A stretch of DNA of 64,000 nucleotides from Callorhinchus milii (taxonomy: Eukaryota): the NCBI RefSeq assembly GCF_018977255.1, contig NW_024704742.1:21888001-21952000 (forward strand), given 5' to 3'. The notes beneath the pieces are model-generated. The model did not search any database, was not told the DNA's origin, and was given only the letters and a program-made list of their open reading frames with translations. Position 1 is the stretch's first letter; the number at the start of each line of letters is the position of its first letter. The translations under genes and the position numbers were made by a program. Positions 57,473 through 64,000 of this stretch are shown piece by piece.

Positions 57473-59087
57473 TATTTCACAGATCAGCAGACTACAGGCT
57501 AAAGTAACTAAGATATTTACTTACAAGCAAGGTAAAACCTAAAAATGAGCATGATATTGAAAAAACAATATTTGTTTGAAATGCAATGAGAGTAAGGGAT
57601 TGTTATTATAAATAGACACAGCTATCCCAGCTCCAATCTCCAGAAGCTTTAACTGATCGTTTCCCCAGTGCAAGGCTCTGAACATCCATTACCCACAACC
57701 TTGTTGAGCTCAGTTGGCTCCCAGCTCTACAGTGGACCAAGTTTAAAATACTTTTCCTTGCGTTTAAATTACTTTACAGTCACTTTTTATCTTCTCCAAT
57801 GCTGCATTCTAGCCTGTAACCCTCGCTCTTCCAACTGATGTCTATTTCTTGCTCCCCTCTGCTCTTAATAATCAGCAGTGACTGAGTCTTCAGCTAATAT
57901 GCTTCTATCCTCTGGAACTCTTTTAACTCGTTTCCTTCCTCTCCGCCTTCCAAAATGTCCTAGAAACGTATTGCTTCGACTATCTTGTTTCAGCATCTTT
58001 ATATCTTGTTTTTCTGCTGGGTGGATGTCCACCACTGCATTTGCCAGAAGCTTTAATTTTAAGAGGTTCTTTTACTTAAAAAGTGCGATATAAATGCCAG
58101 TTGATGCTGAACAAATCGTCGTCTTGTTTATGCAGGATGTGAGTACTTGCATCCTTTTCAAACAGCTCATGGAAGTGTTCCCTTTATTGTAATCTGGGAC
58201 GTTACCCTGCATGAGAGCTGTAATACAGTCAACTCACTTTACAGTATATTCTGTGAAGCGCTTTGCGACGTCTCGAAGGTATGATAGGGACGTTATTTCA
58301 AATGCAAGGATTATTATTATTATATAAATGCAAGTTGTTGTTGTTGCACTGAAGCCCTTGTTTTTCGGTACTAAACCCTTCCCTGAGAGTATTCTCGGAA
58401 GCCGCTCTTTTCTGACACAGCAATTGCAATTCCAGCTATTTTGCCATTAACATATAGGTGTAGTCGTTTGTCAAGACAAAATCAATAATAGTTCTTGCAT
58501 AATCCAATTATAGGCAGGAGATGGAATTTACACACTACAGAGAAGGACATACAAGTGTCCATCTGCTGAGGAACGAACAATTTGCAGCTCTCTACCGAAT
58601 TCACAAGTCAAACAGACTAAAGTTAATTGGTTCTGGAGCTTTTAAAACTGAAACAAACTAGCCTTTAAATTAAAACAACCAGAATCTTTGACTCATCACA
58701 ATTCTGGACACCACCAGACAAAGGGCTCAACCTCCCAAAGGGTTTAAGATTACTTTCAACCAGATTGCATGTTGAGTGTTTACTTTTGGAGAGGAACTAA
58801 TTGAAGGTAAGGGCTACATTTGCACAAGTCACATTCATTCTGACAGTGTAGATGTCTAAATTTAGTTTAGCTGAAACAGTTTGCCTAGAAACACACAGTT
58901 AATAGAATTGGGTGTCAGCCTGGCTCAGTTGGTAGCCTTCTCACCTATAAGTCAGAAGGTTGTGGGTAGCCTTGGCTCTTGCCAACCTGCACGTAATACT
59001 CTCTGGAATTAGGTCAGCAGGATGCATCCCTCCAGCGAGAGAGTGCACATTCCGTTCGAACAATCTATCTCTGGGATTTTCATGTGT

Positions 59088-59272
59088 AATAATAATAATT
59101 CTTGCGTTTGATACAGTGCCTTATCACGTGGTCTAGACATCTCAAAGCGCTTCACAGAATATACTGTAAAGTAAATTTGTGGGTGAAACAGGGCAAGCAA
59201 TTGTGCACAGCAGCGTCCCACAAACAGTTGTAGATTGAGTGACCAAATTATTATTTTTTTTAGGGGATTATT
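59088..59272 (-). mobile_element. DeuSINE, 5'-truncated
   Basis: Reverse-complement Deu core and tail. Confidence 0.8.
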
Positions 59273-60819
59273 ACCCCCAGAAAAGTGATTCCCCCAATCA
59301 ACTAACATCCGGGTAAACTGCAGGGTAAACAGAGCATGTGGAGTGCAAACACCAGGATGGACGAGCTGGGCCGAATGGCCTGTTTCCACGCTGGAAATCA
59401 ATGTAAAGTTTATTTAATATTTAGCTAGTTATTATGTGTAGGTGGGATGCATGGCAGTCTCAACTTGGTTTAGATACTCTTAAGAATGGTGATGGATTTC
59501 CACATGTATCAGACAACCGGCTGACCAAAAAAAAGATTGTGGGTTTGAACTCACAGCTAATGCTGACACATCAAGATGTTTCTAAATTATATCAAATGCA
59601 AGGATTATTTATGAAGTCTTACTATTTGGGAAGAGATGGGCAGCATTATCACTGCAGTGGTAGAGCAGAGCTTCAGATTTCTGACCTCTCACAAATAAGA
59701 GTTATTCTCCACTATGCATCAGTGGAGTAGCACCAGGTGGAAGCCAGATATGTCCTTAAGGGGAGAAAGTCACAGTGATTGCTCTTGTACGTCTCTTAGC
59801 AGCTGGTTACACAGGAGTAATGGCAGAACCCAGGGTACCAGAAGTCAACTTTCAGCCATGACTTGTGCACGCTCTGGGAATCCACTGAAGGGAGGGAAAG
59901 CAGTACTGTATTATAGATGACTTGAAAAGCATAGGTGTACTGTTGCGGAATGGCTGTGTATGTAAATGGCTTTGTTTTAAATATACAGTATAACATATTT
60001 TATTTTGCATGTTTTATTTTAATTTGATTGTGATTTACTGTAAATAGGTTCATAGTCTTGCAACACTCAATGTATCACAACAATCAATATCAACACACAA
60101 ATCTCTTTTGAACTGAGATGATAAAACGTGCTACAATTTATGTTCACATGGCTCCACAGTAGACAGGATATGATTGGGATTTGGGATCTCTATCTTAGGT
60201 CTGGGTCAAAGAAATGCCTTGATGCGTGGGAACGAGAATTAATTAAATCTGTTATTTGAACAAGATGCATCAACTCTCAAAGAGGGAGTCTCATGCTATA
60301 ATCCTTTCAAAGGTCAAGCAGGTACAGAGAATTAGGATTATCTTGCCTTGGCCCTCTTTTTTGCACTTCACTTTTATGTGGAAAGAGCCAACGGTGTTAA
60401 GGCATTCGGGTAAAGGGTGACTGGGAGGGATTCTAAATTGGGTTACTGAACTGACCTACACAGTTGATGACTATGTTAATTTAGTTCTTCACACATTTTG
60501 TAACTCCTCAGAGCTGCCACCCCAATGATCTCATCATCAGTGTCTGTTTTAAACAATAATATTCAAACCTGAAAAGTCCTGGATTGAATGAAAGAGTATT
60601 AACGTTAATTAGAATTCTCAGAGCTATTGCTTTCCTAAAATGGGTCATGGTGCAAGATTCTTTAAACCCATGGGAATCAGCTTAACTTCAAAATTACAAC
60701 TCCCATCCGTGCTACTTTTAAAAACTCTTACAGAGATATTTCATTGACTTTAAAGGATGTCATTGCCCCTGAAAACGTGTTAGGCAGCACATTTGATCAT
60801 GTGGTGATTTTGGTTGTGT

Positions 60820-61100
60820 AACCTATCCCCCTCCCTTGCCTCCTTCACAGCCTATCTCAAGATCCTCCTCTTTGACTGCGCTTTTGGTCAACCTTGTACC
60901 CCCCCACCCTCCTGATCCCAACCCCTAGCTCGGGTGCAAATCCTTGACTATCCAATGCCTTAGGATGTCCTTCCAACGTGAAAGGCGCTATACAAATGTA
61001 ATTTGTTGTTTGTCATTGTTGTAAAATGTCACCACACAACTTCATGTGCTCTGAGACCCAACCCTATGTGGAGGGCGCTATATAAGTGCACGTTGTTGTT
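60820..61100. mobile_element. Tail-to-tail L2 3' ends (+ 60820-61020; - about 61080 tail-type sequence)
   Basis: ctcaagatcctcctctttgactg...ggcgctatacaaatg and a second gtggagggcgctatataag tail; orientation of the second is approximate. Confidence 0.6.
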
Positions 61101-61294
61101 ATGTGAGATCATCAAAATGTAATTGGTCCTGACTTTTTCTCTTTCTCTCTTGTCCAAGCTGAAATGTTCTGGGTTATTCACGAGATTTGCGTCAGACCTG
61201 AATCGATTTATCTCCGTCACAGTGTTGGGCTCAGTAAGAACTCCCAAGCTTCGTAGTCCTGGCCAAACACAGTTTAAAGAAATTAATTTGAAAG

Positions 61295-61470
61295 AATAAT
61301 AATCCTTGCATTTGATATAGCACCTTATAACGTCTTGTAGACGTCTCAAAGTGCTTCACAGAATATACTGTAAAGTGAATTAACTACATGTTTTGTGGGC
61401 GAAACGTGGCAGCCAATTGCGCACAGCAGTATCCATACAGTCAAGGATTAAGTGACCAATTTTTTTATTT
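61295..61470 (-). mobile_element. DeuSINE, 5'-truncated
   Basis: Reverse-complement Deu core and tail. Confidence 0.82.
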
Positions 61471-61779
61471 TTACAATGGCAGAAAACATTAGCACATGAA
61501 TTTTGAAACTTGAGTATTATTTGTAATTTCGTAAGAGTTCTTAATAATGACAGTGACACCTTTTGTATGATTCACAAACAAGAAGTCTCATCAAAATTGT
61601 TTTGCAAATTATGCAGATAAAACTTTAGTATCTCATTACAGCATTGAGCAGAATTATTTATTTAAAAAGAAAATTGGGGTGAATTGTGTTCATTAAAGGT
61701 GCAGGATGTCAGTGCAGGCAAATAGACTTTTTTTTGTTGTTGTTCTAGATTACTTTAAAGCACCCATGGCCACCATAAA

Positions 61780-63025
61780 CAACAACAACAACAAGATTTC
61801 ATTTATAGAGCGCCTTTCACGTCGGGAGGACGCCCCAAGGCGCTGGACAGTTGGGTCAGGACCCGAGCAGGGGGGAAATGGTCAGGGTGAGGGGAGGGAA
61901 GGGAGGGAGCGAGGAGGGGGTAGAGAGTCGAGAGGGGAGCTGAAGGCACGGTCAAAGAGAAAGGTTTTGAGACCGGCCTTGAAGGAGGGAAGGGAGGAGG
62001 CAATGCGAAGGCATTGGGGGATAGAGTTCCAGAGCCTCGGGGCTGAGAGGCTGAAGGCCCGGCCACCGATGGTAGGGCGGTTGGGGCGGGGGATGTGGAG
62101 CAGACCGGAGCCAGAGGAACGGAGGGTACGGGCAGGTAGGTAGGGGGATAGTAGATCAGAGAGGTAGGAGGGAGTGAGGCCGTGAATGGCCTTGTAGCTG
62201 AGGATGAGGATCTTGAATTCGATCCTCTGGGGGATGGGGAGCCAGTGGAGGCGAGTGAGGGTGGGAGTGATGTGGTCGCGAAGCCTGGTGCGGGACAGTA
62301 CACGAGCTGCAGAGTTCTGAATGACCTGCAGCTTGTGGAGGGAGGTGGCGGGAAGGCCGGCGAGGAGAGAGTTCCCATAGTCCAGCCTTGAGGTGATAAA
62401 GGTGTGGACCAGGGTTTCAGCAGCGTGAGGGGTGAGGTAGTGCCGTAGTCTGGCGATATTCCGGAGGCGACGAAAGGCGGTGCCAGTTATTGCGCGGATA
62501 TGAGGGAGAAAGGACAGCTCAGGGTCGAACAGAACCCCGAGGTTCCTGACTGGCTTTGAGAGGTGGAGAGTGCAGCCTTGGATGCTGATGTTGTCAGCGC
62601 CAGAGGTGCGGAGGCGCTGACGTGAGCCAATCAGGAGGGCCTCGGTTTTTCGCACGTTGAGCTGAAGAAAGTTGTCTCTCGTCCAGGACTCGATGTCGGA
62701 CAGGCAGCTGTCAGGACATCGGTGGTCGTGGAGTTGAGGGTAGAGGAGGAAAGGTAGAGTTGGGTGTCATCCGCATACATGTGGAAGTTAACCCCATGTC
62801 TGCAGATGATGTCACCAAGGGGGAGCATATAGAGGGTGAAGAGGAGGGGACCGAGGACAGAGCCCTGAGGGACACCGCACGAGACAGTGCGGGTGTGGAG
62901 GAAAAGCCGTTCATGGAAACAAAGTGAAGATGGTGGGAGAGGTACAACCTAAACCACTCAAGGACAGGGCCTTGAAGGTTGAGGTGGGAGGACAAGCGGT
63001 GGAGGAGGATAGCGTGGTCGACCGG
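61780..63025 (-). mobile_element. L2 LINE subfamily A, best-preserved copy (RT C-terminal half and 3' UTR)
   Basis: 257-aa open stretch 61882-62655, YADDTQLY, few frameshifts, (CAA)n tail, candidate TSD ATAAA at 61775 and 63026. Confidence 0.93.
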
Positions 63026-64000
63026 ATAAAGCAATCCCAACTCAGAAATAGCACAATTAGATTGCAGAGAAAAACTCCCTGTAAGCTTTCCTAATAATGT
63101 GCCTTTGTTCCAACTGCAGACTAGCACTGTGAAACTTTTGATTCCCTATATTTTTGGTCCCAATTCTAAGGGCATTTTGCATGACTTGAGCCCAACCCTA
63201 CTAGGAGCTCAGGTGAGACTTCCCAACCTAATTTCTCATCTTAGCCAAGAGACAGACTATTGCCTCAGTCCAGGCTGGATCTGAACCCACGTTCCCACAG
63301 GTGAAAAGTTAATTGGAGATTTCAATGAGCTGAGCACTCTGCAGTGTTGTAAGTTCAGTTTTTCCTTGTCTTTGCCTGTACTGAGTATGCCAGGGCTGGG
63401 TCACCCACTCTGGGTGAATTTGATAATCATAGGCACGTGGTTTAAGATTTAGCTCCCATATTGGGTCAGAGCTGGACATACGGAGCCGAGGCCCATACAC
63501 AATCCGAGGGTCAGTGGAGAGAGTTTTTAGCAGTCGCTCCACTGCCACGATTTCTGTAAAAGAAAAGATAAACCGTCACATACGTTTCTCAAACACTCCT
63601 TCATTTTGTGATCTTTAGAAATCATTTCATTAGAGGTATATTTCACAGCAGTCCTGTTTAGTTCAATTTGGATAAATTGGGTATTGGAGCCAGTTGGGTA
63701 AGAGCTGTCTGCCTTCTGGGCTTCACTCCCACCAACCAACTAACTAACCAAGTAACAATATAGCGCATCTATAGTCCTATAATGCTTCCAGTAATGCTAG
63801 AGCAATGGAAATGCCATTAGTAGGAAACAACAGGTCAAGTTAAATAACAAGGTTCATAGCTGTTTTACAGTTTAGCTTGATTATTTTGCAAAACGTTCCT
63901 TTAGGAAGTTAAATAAGATGGGGGGAATCCAGAATGGAGTGAATTGCACACACAGTCTGTGCAAGGACTGACCTTGGTAGGAGTTAAATGCTCTTTTCTC

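Noticed and set aside
61882..62655. 257-aa RT-like ORF as an active retroelement or host gene
   Set aside because: 5'-truncated L2 with upstream frameshifts and no endonuclease or ORF1
1..64000. Recurrent 30-40 bp motifs as a CRISPR-like array, and RT fragments as a retron or DGR-type system
   Set aside because: The repeats are dispersed SINE/LINE tails in both orientations in spliced vertebrate DNA, with no regular spacers or cas genes

Overview
Eukaryotic (vertebrate) genomic DNA, most likely from a cartilaginous fish. This is inferred from the SacSINE1-like DeuSINE, L2 and CR1 repeat content. The window holds the 3' part of one + strand gene, a ZNF827 orthologue or paralogue. I resolved 12 coding exons (4062-50526) by hand. 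All have GT-AG boundaries and matching phases, and they splice into about 997 aa with 14 C2H2 fingers. The 5' exons lie outside the window. The terminal exon adds five fingers beyond the C-terminus I recall for canonical human ZNF827, and the preceding splice donor overlaps an in-frame stop. Introns and downstream DNA contain two tRNA-head DeuSINE types, at least three L2 subfamilies (often nested, with target-site duplications), CR1 fragments, one hAT MITE and three TA-targeting MITEs. I found no prokaryotic features, CRISPR arrays or true RNA genes, and nothing I can establish as a new biological system. The best leads concern isoforms, exon-module duplication and TE architecture.
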